Notes: generated by a model from the letters alone, not told the origin. Shown: positions 11,501 to 23,713, counted from the whole stretch's first letter. The stretch: 63,190 nucleotides of DNA, filler included, from Pelomyxa schiedti (GCA_020536535.1; 7 parts of 7 records of this genome joined end to end with filler, not necessarily neighbours in it); one strand, 5' to 3'. A program made the numbers and translations.

Positions 11501-14500
11501 TCGAGCTCCACCTTGCGAGAGACGAGGACGTTGCCCTCCTCGTGCACTCTGTTCTGAACACATATGTGCACGTACTGGTCCTTATAGCCACGCCGTTCGT
11601 CAAAGACTCCACGGCAGGGAGAGGACACCCTCGACTCGCCGTCGTCGAGGTAGAGCTGGTATTTGGACCGGCCCTTTGCGGAACAAGGGGCACCCGGCAT
11701 TACATTGAGTGTCACTGGTTGCATCTTGCCATCCCGTGTCCTCTGTCCAACGAACTGCTCCAGCTCGACCGTGGGTATCACAGTTCCAGCACGGAGGAAT
11801 ATCGGCAGCAGGTAAGGAATGTGCCGCGCACAGTTGGATGAGTCCCCATCTCCCTGGGCCCACAGGGAGGCGTCGTAGTTGCACAGCTGCCTGCCGCCCT
11901 CCATCGGCCTTGCCATACTGCCGTAAGGTGGGTTGCGAACTCCTTTGCTCAGCCACTCCCTCGCTCTGGTTTCAGGGTCGAGAGGTGCGAAGTTGTTGGC
12001 GAACTGGTACCACTTGCTTCCGGCCGGCAGGTAGACGTTCCTCTTTACATTTCCATTGACACCCTTGTTGAGGATGGGGGCCACGAGCATGTCAGAGCCA
12101 ACAAGGTATTCGTTGCTGCAGTACTCAAGCATCTCGAAGTGGAGCGAGGGGTCCCTGAGTCCATCTTGGAGGAAGAGGGGCTTGGAGATTGGAATCCCGT
12201 TCCGGTTGCTGCCGAACATGCCGTCGTAGAGCAGCTGAATGAACCTATAGCGCAGCTCAATGTAAAACTTGCACACAGGTAACACGTTGGTGTAGAGAAG
12301 CCTCTCGTTGGGTGCCACTTCATTTGCGCGAGCTTCAAATGCATACACTTCTTGGAAGAGCTTCCCTGGCTTGTTGCCGTGTGGTGGCCAAGGGGTCATG
12401 GCGCTGCCGTCATAGTGGCAGCGGTACCAAGGCAAGAAAGCGGCAGCCAAGTGCCACCTGATGAATAGCTCTGGGTCAATCCAAGATTGGTTGTCATCGG
12501 CCCTGGCGAACCCACCAATGTCGGCGCCAGACATGAACTGCCCACTCAGCCCGAGGGACAGACACTGGACGAGGTTGATCTTCATGAAGTCCCACGTACT
12601 GGAGTTGTCACCGGTCCACAGGGCTCCGAACCGGTGCATCCCAGAGCAACCTCCCCTTCCAATTATGAACGGCCTCTTGTTGGCCAACAACTCGTGCTTG
12701 TCCCACCCATTGAAGGTGGACCTCAGCAGATTCAGAGCGAACATGTTCCTCATGCAAATCGCCGGTATCTTGGACAAGGGCTTGCTTTTTGGGGGTGTTC
12801 CGCTACTCGACGACTCCCCGGGAGTCTTGTAAGTGTTGTCGGTGAGCATCAGGTCGAGCGGGAAGGAGCTCCAATCGTCTATCTCCCTGTCCATATCTGG
12901 CGTAACCATGTCCTGCCAGACGTAGCTGAGTCCCGCCCTCAGCAGCGTTTCGTATGCCTTCTGCCACCAGCTGTAGGCGTCAGGGTGACCCAGGTCTGGG
13001 TAGAGTCCCCTTGGGCACTCTGGGGAGTAAGCCACTTTGCCTATGAACGGAGAGTATTCCGTAGATGCTGGAGGGTTTCCCTGCAGATTTCCGGCCATCT
13101 CATTCCCCACAAAGACCCTCTTGGTCGTGTCTTGCAAGGCTGCAATTGCAGCAGGGTGATTTTGCGCGATGTAGGGAGTGATGTTAGTGGAGCTCTTCAG
13201 ACCCATCTTGAGGAGGTCCTGGAAGACCCCGTCGAACCTTTCGTTGATCGTGAAGGTCTGAAGCTCGTGCTGCACGTCAATGTCGATGTTGAAGCTATCA
13301 ATGGGTATCCCAGAATCCCGGAACTTCTTTGCACTGTCGAGCACTTCTCCCTTAGAAGTCCATCCAAACTTTCCCTGGTGATAGCCAAGGACCCACTTGG
13401 GGAACACCCTCCCAGCACCTTCCAACTTGCAGTACAGCGAAGTAATGTCATACGGGTGCCTGCTCTGCACCATGATGTAATAGCTGAATCGTGACACTAA
13501 TGTCCCTATGGCGATCTCGGTTGACTTGGCGGGGCCAAGGTCCACAAAACTCTTGATTTGTAGGTTAGTCTGGGTTTGTGTTTGAGGATGGTGCATGTGC
13601 GCTTCTTATCAGTTTATTTAAGTGTAGGAGTGTGATATGGGCTCTTTCATACTGGCGCAACAGAATCCAAGTAAACGCCAACAAGAGGCCTATCAGGGAT
13701 ACACTCGAACCAGAAGGGGTTGCTGTGGTACAGTGGCTCCCTCGTGTCGGTCGGTCCCACTCCATACACGGCACGATACAAGAAGTTGTCGTAGTTGGTG
13801 AACTGAAGGTGTTGCGAGTTCATGCACAAGTTTGCGCCTCCCTTCTCCCCAAATCCTGCGCAACTGTCATCATCAACATAAAATTGGGGGTTTGAGCGAA
13901 CCAAGGTACTGACAGAATGAAAGTTTCTTCCTGTGCCAGTACGTCGAGAACTCCTTTCTCAGGGTCCCTTCGTTTTTGTACTCTGCCACCTCTGACGTCT
14001 TGAACAGAATGTCTGACGACACCATCGTCCACTACAGAAAAAAGCGCATCGTCAGCCCCACGTTCATTACTATAGTTATAGGAAGGCATTACCTCTGGAT
14101 TCTGGAACGTGGAGCAGAGCGGACCGGCGGACTTCTTGTTGGCGAACACGGTGATGGTGACGGGGTTGCCCCTCGTGACGACCACCTTGAGCGTCGGGCC
14201 ATACACGTTCTCTGTGACGATCTCGACTGGCTCGTAGGTGTCCTCGGGAACTTTCGTTTGAACTCCCGTTTCCCTGATTTGAGGTTCGCCTTCCTGCAAA
14301 AAAAGTTAAAGGAATTTCTGATGGTGTGGAGGGTTGTCGTGTGTAACGTGCGTGTGGCCGGCGCATCACGTGTGTGTGTTTTGGGGGGCGTAGTTGCGTT
14401 TAGTTACCCATTTCAAACCATGGTGGATGATGGCGCACAGGTCAGCAAAGGTGTCTCCCACGATGCTCCTCGTGTTGGAGTACCTCGTCATTCCATCCTC

Positions 14501-14876
14501 GACTGAAGGAATTTCGCCCTGTTTTGTGTGATGTCAGCAAAGGAACGAACGAACGAAGAGGGAGGAGGTGAAGAGAGGGAATGAAACAACAAGATAAAAT
14601 GGGAGGTGAGGAACAAACTGTCTTTGGGTAAATTCGGACGGCCACGATGAGGGAGTCAGGGATGAGGACGTCGACGACGTGTTGGTCGGTTGTCAGCCTC
14701 ACCCCAGCTTCTCTTACTGCTGGATGTCCACTTTTCTGTGGGTCTCCGATATTCAAGACCTCGGTATGCACCACGTTCGCCACGGGAACGCTGTACGTGC
14801 CTGCCTCTGCCTGGAAGAACCGCTCGAGGGGTCCCTCCCCATTGCTTACGTCCTTTGACAACAACCTCTTGAACAT
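8541..14876 (-). CDS. Fusion protein: GH31 alpha-1,4-glucan lyase-like domain + aldos-2-ulose dehydratase/isomerase (AUDH) beta-propeller and cupin domains; about 12 exons, about 1,800 aa
   Basis: Phase-consistent exons (approx.): 14876-14619, 14518-14408, 14293-14093, 14031-13910, 13863-13652, 13551-11011, 10909-10670, 10620-10497, 10427-10294, 10248-9830, 9719-9274, 9220-8541. GH31 motifs: GFGEKGG, EPLYHSNPF, GYHQGKFGW, YVWQDMVTP, LWTGDNSS, GADIGGF, WYRCHY. AUDH motifs: DGYWI, DITGNGYPDL, GGKIAWLENPG, MHRLRVGHFT, FHVIHE, EPFHG, LVALRGP, SAARIAVGD, DIATIGYSVAGYF, and cupin CGLHDHS..FGEVH. Confidence 0.88.
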
Positions 14877-17563
14877 CTTTGCTGGGGTTTTGCTTGTTTG
14901 TTTGGTTGCTTGGTTGCTTGTTTTCTTGCTTGGGTTTTTTGAAGCTTTGTTGGCGGTTTGTCTCTTTTAAGCTTAAAAGGGGAAGTAACTTTTCGACAAA
15001 TTCCCGAACTTTCCTCATTTGGCAAAATAAGACATGAACAAAAGACACAGTTGCAGTTGCTGTGAGCAGGTTTTTTGTAGGAAATCAATTTTGGGAATCC
15101 TGGCCGTTGGCGGCAGAAGTGCTTTCTCGGAGCAACCGCCGGTTAAAACAACTTGTGTTTTTTCTCCGGGCTGAGAACTCTTGTTGTTTAGTTGTTGGGG
15201 GATTAAAAGGAAGTGTGTAAAGTCAGAGCAGTCGCGTGGTTAGGTTAAAAGGCTGTGATCAACTGCAAACGTGGGGTGACTGTGCGGGTGTATGTGCATG
15301 GCCTGATGTGGTTGGGTTGGTGTGCTAATGTGCATCTGAATGGACTGTGTGAATCGGCGCGAACCGGAGTGCAGGGGTAAGTTCAGGTGGTTCGGAAGCA
15401 ATGGGGAGGGACCCCTCGTGTAAATCGCGGCAATTGGAGCGAACTGAAGAAGGCGAAGAAACAGGAGCAGAACGGAGTAAAGCGATGGTCAGCAAAACGA
15501 AGCGAAACAGAGTGAAGCCAGAGTAAAACAGAGCAACCAGCGTTGGCACTGAGCTGGTCTGCCGTGTCCCGTCAGGTTGGCGGTGATTGCCAGTGTATAC
15601 TGTATCCTTCTGGATGCATCGGGATGAGACGGAGCGAAATGGAGCGAAACAGGGGAGCCGGAGTGAACCAGGTTGGTTCGGGGTGGATAAGAGTGAGCAT
15701 AGCAAAACCGGGTTAACCGCAGTGAAACCGAGTGGACAGGAGTAGACTAGTCAGGGCAATCGACGCGAACCCGAGTGGGGCTGACAGGTCGTTATTAGTG
15801 CAGACGGCACAGATTGGTGTGGATCGGGGCACCCGAATTAGCGCAAAATAGGATCGCAGTGCAGATTGGCATGGGATCGAACTGACGAATATCGGGCGTT
15901 CCAAGTACTGTTGGATGATCCGGTGCTGTATGTCATGGGTGCTTCCTGGTCCGAGCCTACTCATGCTCTCCCGGCACAATGGTGACATCTAAATTAGTGA
16001 GGTCTCACACCGGCCAGAATTATGTCTCTCTTTGGGTGCTGCACGTGGTTTGGTAATTTTGGGATACCCTCCTTTCCGTAGAGCTCTCCTTCTCTACCTG
16101 TCTCATCACATTCCCCCGTGCGATCTCACCAGTTTCCTTTTCCATCTCTCATCCTTGATCCCTTTGCTGGGGTTTCCATGTGCTGGGATCCTCAATATCC
16201 CTCTCCTCCTTCTCCTACCTTCCTCCTTCTACCGAGGACATTGCACATTGCCCTCCTTCTACCTAGGATATTGGCAATCAATCCTTACGCCTCCTCTTAC
16301 TGCAAAGGGGTATTGGCTTTCCTTTTTATGGCTCCGGCTCCTCCTTCCATCAAAGAGCATCGATGTTCCTCCTATCGAGGGTTAGGTGATGTGATGCAGA
16401 GGGCTCCCTGCGTGTCGTCGCTGTCGCATGCCTCGCTTCCTGTGGCGCCTGATTGGTGTCGCCTTCCTTGGCATGTGGTACGTGCTGGGATACAAAACCT
16501 AACACCTCCACACATGTGTAGAGATGTAGGTGCAACGTACGAACCTGCTTAAGCAGGAATAAAGAGATTCTCGTAATTCACGTTATCGTCACGTCGTATT
16601 GACCGTGCTTCAGCTCCGCCTAATCTTGGTGCTTATTGCCTGTTTCACGAATTTTTTACACAGACTTGGAGTCCCACGAACCCGTACCAACGTGTACAGT
16701 GGATACCATCGTGTTCTTCGTATTTTTTTTTTTTTTTGTTTGTTGTTGTTGTTTCAGTGTAATGGAATGCAAAGTATTGGTTTGAGGTACACCACCTTTT
16801 TGGAAACAACAGAACAGGCGTTCGAGTTCACGTGTATGGCATGCATTGCCATGGAATTTGTATCTTGCCATACGCCGCTGGTCGAGGAGGAGCATTAATG
16901 TTAAGCACATACAGAATGTTAAGCGCATACAGAGGCTCAAGCCAAGAAGAATCAAAATCAAAGTGTCTTCAGGATGGCATCAATCTCAAACAACACAATC
17001 TCACACCTCAACAGAATAAATAACTTCAAGCCAATTGGCTCTCTATTGTTTGAACTCCAGACTTCTTTGGGAACACCAGCCCCACACAGGGGCCGATGCA
17101 TTATGGTCTGGAAAAGTGAAGGAATAATGCTATTCCACCCAAGGGCTGTGATACACCTTATACCAACCCATCTAGGGTCTCTGCAGCTAGATAGACACAG
17201 ATTCTTGATTCCTGTCTGTATTGGGACATCAAATGTCTGTTCCTATTTCCAAAGGGAAAGATAACCTAAATTTACTGGTGTAAAAGTAAGCCAAATAAAG
17301 CTTGTTGGGACCTGTTGCCAATGCTGAGTTCATGGATACAGTCAGTGTGTTCAGGAGCTCAATTTCAAAACGTGCTTCCTTCCTTTAAATAGTACTGAAC
17401 ACCCAATCGAACCCCGTGGTGGTGCGGAGACACGACGAGACTCCTATGGGAGAATTCGGGTCATCGACCCCATCACCCAGGCTGCTTCCTGTTTGGGGCT
17501 CCAACTCTCAAAAAAAAAATCTCATAAGTGAGGGATCAGATTGTTATTGTTCACATTCAGATC

Positions 17564-20037
17564 TTATGTGAAAGATACGGTTACAGAGTCACCACTATTA
17601 TACAGGGAGACTGCAGGGAATAAGGGTGCATCAGCAATGCCTGTAATAACTACACCCAGGTCATGATCCTTGTTTGAGTTTTACACAAGGTCTCCAAAGG
17701 TGAGGCTACACACATTCACTTTTAAGGCGGCAGTGTGAGCGTTACTGTCAAAAGTGAGCAAGACTTCTTCATTGACACCACATCTTACTCCACTATTCCA
17801 GCTTGATGATTGCTGTGGCTGCCCCCTAACACGGATAGTGGTGGTATTCACACCATTAAGACAAAAGCAATCACTAAAGGAGATGGAGACACAGCCGGTT
17901 CCACAATTGTAGTCACCTCCATAACCACAGGAGTACCCAGAAGTATTTTTCGTACTGTAACCGTTCCATAGGATACCTTAGATCTAACTTAAGTTGAAGA
18001 GAAATATGATTCAAGGGGAATATTCTTACCAGACTGATTAAAACCCACTCCGATCTTTTGATGAGCCGTCCTGTTAATGTGGAATTTTATGCGAGCCACG
18101 CCACAATGTTGTAGATTGAGATTTGCTAGGCCCAGCCACCACTGTGAAGAATTTCCGGCGTTTGTCACGGTGTGGTTGTTATCTGATAGTCTCCAACATG
18201 GGGGGCAGCTAACAGCATTGAAGCCAACACTACTTTCATGAAGAACTAAAGATAATCAGGAAGGGAATTTGGTGTCAGAGAGGAGACCAGTATTTTCCTG
18301 CCGTGAATTGGCCAGTTGTGCTGTCAACTCTACCAGGTTTTGTTTTATAAACAGACTGAGAAAGAAAACTACCTTGACACCTCCTCTCGGCAGCCGCTAG
18401 CCTTTCAAGGTTTTCTGAAGCGTTTTCAAAATTGTAAGAATCAAGTAATTCTTACGGTTATTTAGCAAATTGATTCTCTGCACCTGTTCAGACACTGCAG
18501 CCTTTTCTTGTTTCAGCCCTGCAAAGAGTGAAAAGAGACACTAGACTAAAATTTCTAACTTGAGAGTTCCTCTGTGGATTGGTTGATACATTGATTCAGT
18601 TCCCTCTGTAAATCTATCTATGTTAGTGAATAGAAGTATTTAGTGTGTCTTACTGCATCCTTCCTCTTCCAAAATAGTGAATTGTTTACGCAACTCTTGG
18701 GAGAGTTATTCGACCTCCAGGATTGCTCAAACATACCTCGCAGTGCATGGTTTGCCTCCGGCTCTCGCTTCAGAAGTGCCTTGGCTTTCAGGGCTAAAAT
18801 CTTTTAATGGAATTTCCACATGGAGAGCTACATTTAAAGTCAATGGGAGCTAGATCATGGGGCACCACAGATTGAGTCGGTGCTAGAGCATCCTTGAATT
18901 TTGTTTGGAAGTAGAGAAACCTACACTTAACAATTGGTAACAGGTTACTGTAGCAGAACACACGTGTTGACAAATAAGAAGTCATCTTGGAAATGGTGAG
19001 GAGACTAATAGAACAATAGCAGACTTTACCTGTATGTATTGAAAGCAGTTTTTTACATAGTGATGCAGAATTAGCTGAGTCGCAAATCAACTTGGAAAGA
19101 TTTTCATATTCCTGCAGCAGCGTAGATGTTCTTTGGAATGCCAATGAGCTAATCTCTGTTGTTTCCTAAAATAGTCTTGGATTGGAATTCAAATCACAGG
19201 GTACATTTTCTTCCCGTTCGTACAACTCCAAAATTGCTTTAATGTAATCTCCATGAGCATCAGTTAGTTCATGTGCAGCTTCTGCTTGGTTTATTTGTAT
19301 CTTCTGAATGATTTCTTTTCTCCTTTGATTTAACTCAGAAACTCTGACATCCAGTTTGCTACAAAGTTGCCTGAGTTCTTCCTGTATTGACATGGACATA
19401 CGCTCTTGCGTAAAAAGGTTCTTCACATACCTTTGTGCGACACACAGCTACAGGGAGAGGTTCTGTGATATGATTTACATGTTCACCATGTTGCCTGCAA
19501 GTCAGGCATACAAGCTGCCCAGGCCGGCCTTCTGGGGAACAGGTAGTACATAGAAGATCGCGAAGTTGCCCAGAATGCTGAGGGTGAATGCAATATCCCG
19601 AGGTCTCATGCCATGGAAGTATAAGAGAAAGGGAGGACTGAGTTGGAGGTTGGCCAAACAACTTGAACCCAGGGATTGCCTCCGTGTGCCCTGGCTGCAT
19701 CTTAGGTAAAATTGGTTCATTCATAGCTGTATTTGTAGCACCTGTTGGTTGTCTTCGTACTCAATCATGCGGCCCTGTGGGATGAAATATCCATATGACT
19801 CCACAAGTTTTGTGAGATTTGGATGTGAGTAGAACTTCACTTCAAATGTGATTGGGCTAATTGGAACATCCAAAATAGGTGGGACTTGAGAGATAAGTTT
19901 CTTGCAGAAATGAGGTTAACAAAAAAAAAAAAAAAACATTAGCACCTCCAGGGAGGCACGTAGGAAGCTCTTCTTTTTTAACAATTCAACAGAGGTTGCA
20001 TGTTCAATGTAATTCTTACACTGTTCAACACCAGCAG
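17564..20037 (-). CDS. B-box + coiled-coil + SPRY (B30.2)-like protein, 5' truncated at contig end
   Basis: B-box CIHPQH..CTTC..VCLTCRQHGEHVNH (19359-19724 ORF). Coiled-coil exons at 18400-19430. SPRY-like exons LSDNNHTVTN..KIGVGF and PLFPAVSLYNSGDSVTVSFT*, with stop at 17564-17566. Confidence 0.7.
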
Positions 20038-20137
20038 NNNNNNNNNNNNNNNNNNNNNNNNNNNNNNNNNNNNNNNNNNNNTTAATTAATTAANNNNNNN
20101 NNNNNNNNNNNNNNNNNNNNNNNNNNNNNNNNNNNNN
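20038..20137. other. Artificial contig linker (N44-TTAATTAATTAA-N44); also at 38098, 40872, 56762, 59569, 61328
   Basis: The same 12-mer, with stops in all six frames, is embedded in N runs at six places. Adjacency across these linkers is not biological. Confidence 0.95.
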
Positions 20138-20558
20138 TCATTACTTTGCCCACGGCACCGTCGCCAACAGCCACTATTGTGAGTGTCTGTATCATCTCTC
20201 TGGAACCGTTTTTTTGCGGTTTCTAAGAACGGCGAACGGATCTGTAGATGATACGTTCGTCTGAGTTGAATTAGGTTACTCTCGGGGAACAAAAATCCTT
20301 TTGACCAAGGGTCAGTGCAGAAGGATTGTGAAGGCAAACACACCAATCAGCTCCTCTTCTGTAAATGTAAAACGCAGCGGATGCCCTGAACAGGGACTTG
20401 AGGGGAACACCCTTGTTTGCTGACGACCTGATGATGCTCGTCGGGATGAACCGCGTCCACAGTCCATCCGTCGATGCAAGTGCCCGGAAATCCCGGCAAA
20501 CCTGTGTGTGTGTGCGTGTGTGTCAGTGTGTGTGTCAGTGTGTGTGTCAAGTGAATAT

Positions 20559-23500
20559 TCATTGTGTGCGAAGTGTGGAGTGGGTGATGAATAGACATAC
20601 AGCGGAAAGCCGGAAGAGAGCCTTTGGATCACAGAACGAGAAAATGTTCATCCACAGTTCGTGCGGAAGCATCCCGAAAACGTTGCTGAAAAGCTGAAGC
20701 CACCACGCANNNNNNNNNNNNNNNNNNNNNNNNNNNNNNNNNNNNNNNNNNNNNNNNNNNNNNNNNNNNNNNNNNNNNNNNNNNNNNNNNNNNNNNNNNN
20801 NNNNNNNNNGAATAGACATACAGCGGAAAGCCGGAAGAGAGCCTTTGGATCACAGAACGAGAAAATGTTCATCCACAGTTCGTGCGGAAGCATCCCGAAA
20901 ACGTTGCTGAAAAGCTGAAGCCACCACGCATCACCGTGAATCTTTCCTTGGTTGACTGTGTGTCAGTGAATCGCATTTCTTGTATTTTGGAAATAATAAC
21001 CTGAAGATGTTCCAGAAGGTTGAGTGAGAGCGCGACCACCTGCCAGGATCAACGAACCAGTCTCCGATGAAAGAAGAGTGTGGAATTCACGAACAGGTGG
21101 TGTGTTCCCGATGTCAACTCGTGACCACTCAAATGTTGTTGATCCCAACGTGAGTCTGTGTGTGAATTAAAAGGAGGAGGGGTGGAATTATGAAGAGAGA
21201 GGGAAATACTTGAACAAAGCCATTGAAGAAGGATTTGCAGGGGGATCACAAGAGCACACAAACATTTCGTCACCAATCACAGCAGCTGCGTGGCCTCGCA
21301 TCGGTGGTGGTGTGATCCCTTGTGTTGCTGGTTTCAACCACGCCTTTGAGGATAAGTCTTGCTGTAAGTTAGAAATGTACTATAAATTGAGAGCTTGCTT
21401 ACTACAAATCCACAAATCATTGAGCCTCCTCCCATTTGATAATCCACCTATGGGTGTGTTGAATTGGGTGATGGGGTATGGGGTATTCACCAAAGATAAT
21501 CATGTTTCCATTGTGGCAAACAGAAGTGTGATGGAATCTCCCACTTGGAGGTTTCCTTCCTGGGGTGATTGGTACCTTTGGTAGTGCGATTATTAGAATC
21601 TAAGGAGACACTCCAATGTTATGTAAAACGAATCACTGAAAACACACCGGAATCCACTCTTGTGTAACCAAGTCATAACACTTCGTGTCCTCACATGCGG
21701 CCCCATTGCAGTCACACCTGGATTTGTTACCAAAGGAGTATTTGAGGTCGTTGAAAATACCCTCCAAACACAAACAAGCACTTCGCAAATGCGATCATTG
21801 ATGAACCATATCGAGGTGATGGTGCCTCTGCAGCCCTCCCTTCCGGGAGAAGTGACCACTCGCATGTGGTCAAATTCAGGCAATGCAACGCGTTGGTGCA
21901 AGTACTACTCCTCCCTGTATTGGCTAATAAAATCTTACTGAAGAAAATGAAGGGGAAAACCTCCGAAGAGAAACATTAGGTTGTTGAGGAACCTTTTTGG
22001 CATTTTGTCAAACAATGAAAGAGTGGTTGATTGCAATCTTACGCGGAAGCAGCAAAAGTCATTCCTTTGTAAATCGCAGATTGCCTTGGGTTATCATCGC
22101 AAACTGTGATTGGTTGCAACCAACTACCATTGGAACGCTCAAATCGTAGGACGTCAGGTGCAGGTGTACATTCAGAGCACATTCCACCAATAGTGTACAG
22201 AACTGACCCACAGGAAGCTTCACTGTGACCGTACCTGTTTGAACTAAATTCAAAGAAGAGAAAGACACATTACCTTGCCGCCACATCGACATTGGTGAAA
22301 AGTGGTGCCCAAAAAGGTGATCGCACACTCGCAGTGGCAGTAGGCCGGGAAGTTCCACGTAAAGGAGCCACTGCGTCCCACAGAGTACTCTATTGCATTG
22401 CTTCCAGTTAGCATTCACCCACTACTAATGGAGAGTTACCAAAGAAAAGGAAGAGACAGATGGCTTTCGTTTTGAGTGAGGTACATTCTTTTTTCCGCTT
22501 GTAGCAATTTTGATTGCATGCGTAAAAAGATCTTGAATGTGCTCCCCAGTCAAAGAGCTTACTTCAATGTATGCTGAGGCATGCAGTTGCCGTGCTACCT
22601 GAATAAAGAGACTTAGAAGTATCATAAGTACCATTTGTAAGGCAACCTCAGAAGCCATTTCAAAAGAAACAGGTTCCACACCTGGTCTAATTATCCATTG
22701 GAGGGTAACAGGATCAGTCCCAAGATCACGTTTTGCCCCCACAAGGATGAATGGGGTTCCAGGACAATGACGAGAAATCTACAGGAGTATTAGTGCCAAA
22801 CAGGAAACTCACAAAAGACTCACCTCAGGGTACCACTTGAATGTTTGGAACTGAACGTGAATCACAGCTACAAAAGAGGGTGTTTGTTACCTTGGTCCGA
22901 ACTCTCTCAAAGGAGGTTGGGTTCGCCACAGAAAAGCAGACCTTTTTAGTTTGGTAAGAAGAAAAAAAGGAGGATAAAAAAGAAACTCTGTACCAAGAAA
23001 ATTGAGGTTCCAAAATAACATAGTGGTCTTAGTCTGTCATACTCTTCCCCACCTTTCCTTATTTAATAATTATAGACTTTTCTCCCAATAATTTGTCACA
23101 TTATTGTTTATTGTCACAACAAAACACTAAAGAGCAGACCTGCTGTGTCCCATAATGAGACAGCGTACATTTTATCATCAACGGGTACATTTAAACTGCA
23201 ACGTTAAGTAATCACGAGGTTATGGGGTCGAGGTTTTTTTTTTACCTGTCTTGCCGACATATCTTTGTTGTTTTGTTTGTTTCCAAGTTAGTGCAACAAC
23301 AAAGGGGACAAGCATTTGGTTAGGTTCGACAACCGTTGGTATGCAGTTCCAGGTTGGAAACGTNNNNNNNNNNNNNNNNNNNNNNNNNNNNNNNNNNNNN
23401 NNNNNNNNNNNNNNNNNNNNNNNNNNNNNNNNNNNNNNNNNNNNNNNNNNNNNNNNNNNNNNNTACCTGTCTTGCCGACATATCTTTGTTGTTTTGTTTG

Positions 23501-23713
23501 TTTCCAAGTTAGTGCAACAACAAAGGGGACAAGCATTTGGTTAGGTTCGACAACCGTTGGTATGCAGTTCCAGGTTGGAAACGTACCCTCGACGTAAGTA
23601 ATAAACAAACAAGTCTACAACAACAAGTCACTTGTGGGATAGCGCAAACACGGCACCACACAGACCTTGCCCACGCACCCCTCACCAACTGCTGTTATCT
23701 TTACACTTGTCAT
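20559..23713 (-). CDS. Atypical Rho-family GTPase fused to kelch repeats and a C-terminal F-box
   Basis: MTSVKITAVGEGCVGK|TCLFITY..IPTV, WDTAG|GEEYDRLRPLCY, VCFSVANPTSFERVRTK|WYPE, VGAKRDL, YIEVSSL. No CAAX; splicing continues in phase into kelch segments (ARYGHS..LYTIGG; PPVREFHT..LILAGG) and ends with F-box LPHELWMNIFSFCDPKALFRLSAVC. Two internal N gaps have duplicated flanks. Confidence 0.7.

Noticed and set aside
11119-13494. Long + strand ORFs (11119..11841, 12487..13494)
   Set aside because: Antisense shadows of the GC-rich GH31 exon, with no recognisable motifs.
15300-16000. Purine-rich region with loose GAGCGAA/GAGTGAA motifs upstream of the fusion gene
   Set aside because: No regular period, terminal repeats or credible ORF, so I cannot support a feature call.
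17400-17500. GGTTCGA-like motif on the minus strand suggesting a tRNA
   Set aside because: No T-stem pairing or cloverleaf can be built.
20082-20093. Recurrent TTAATTAATTAA motif as a biological repeat or regulatory site
   Set aside because: It is always centred in N runs and has stops in all six frames, so it is a contig-concatenation linker.
20588-20930. Apparent direct repeats flanking 100-N gaps (also at 23243-23583, 35168-35507, 48479-48818, 51970-52309)
   Set aside because: Identical ~100-120-bp sequence on both sides of a scaffold gap is an unmerged assembly overlap.
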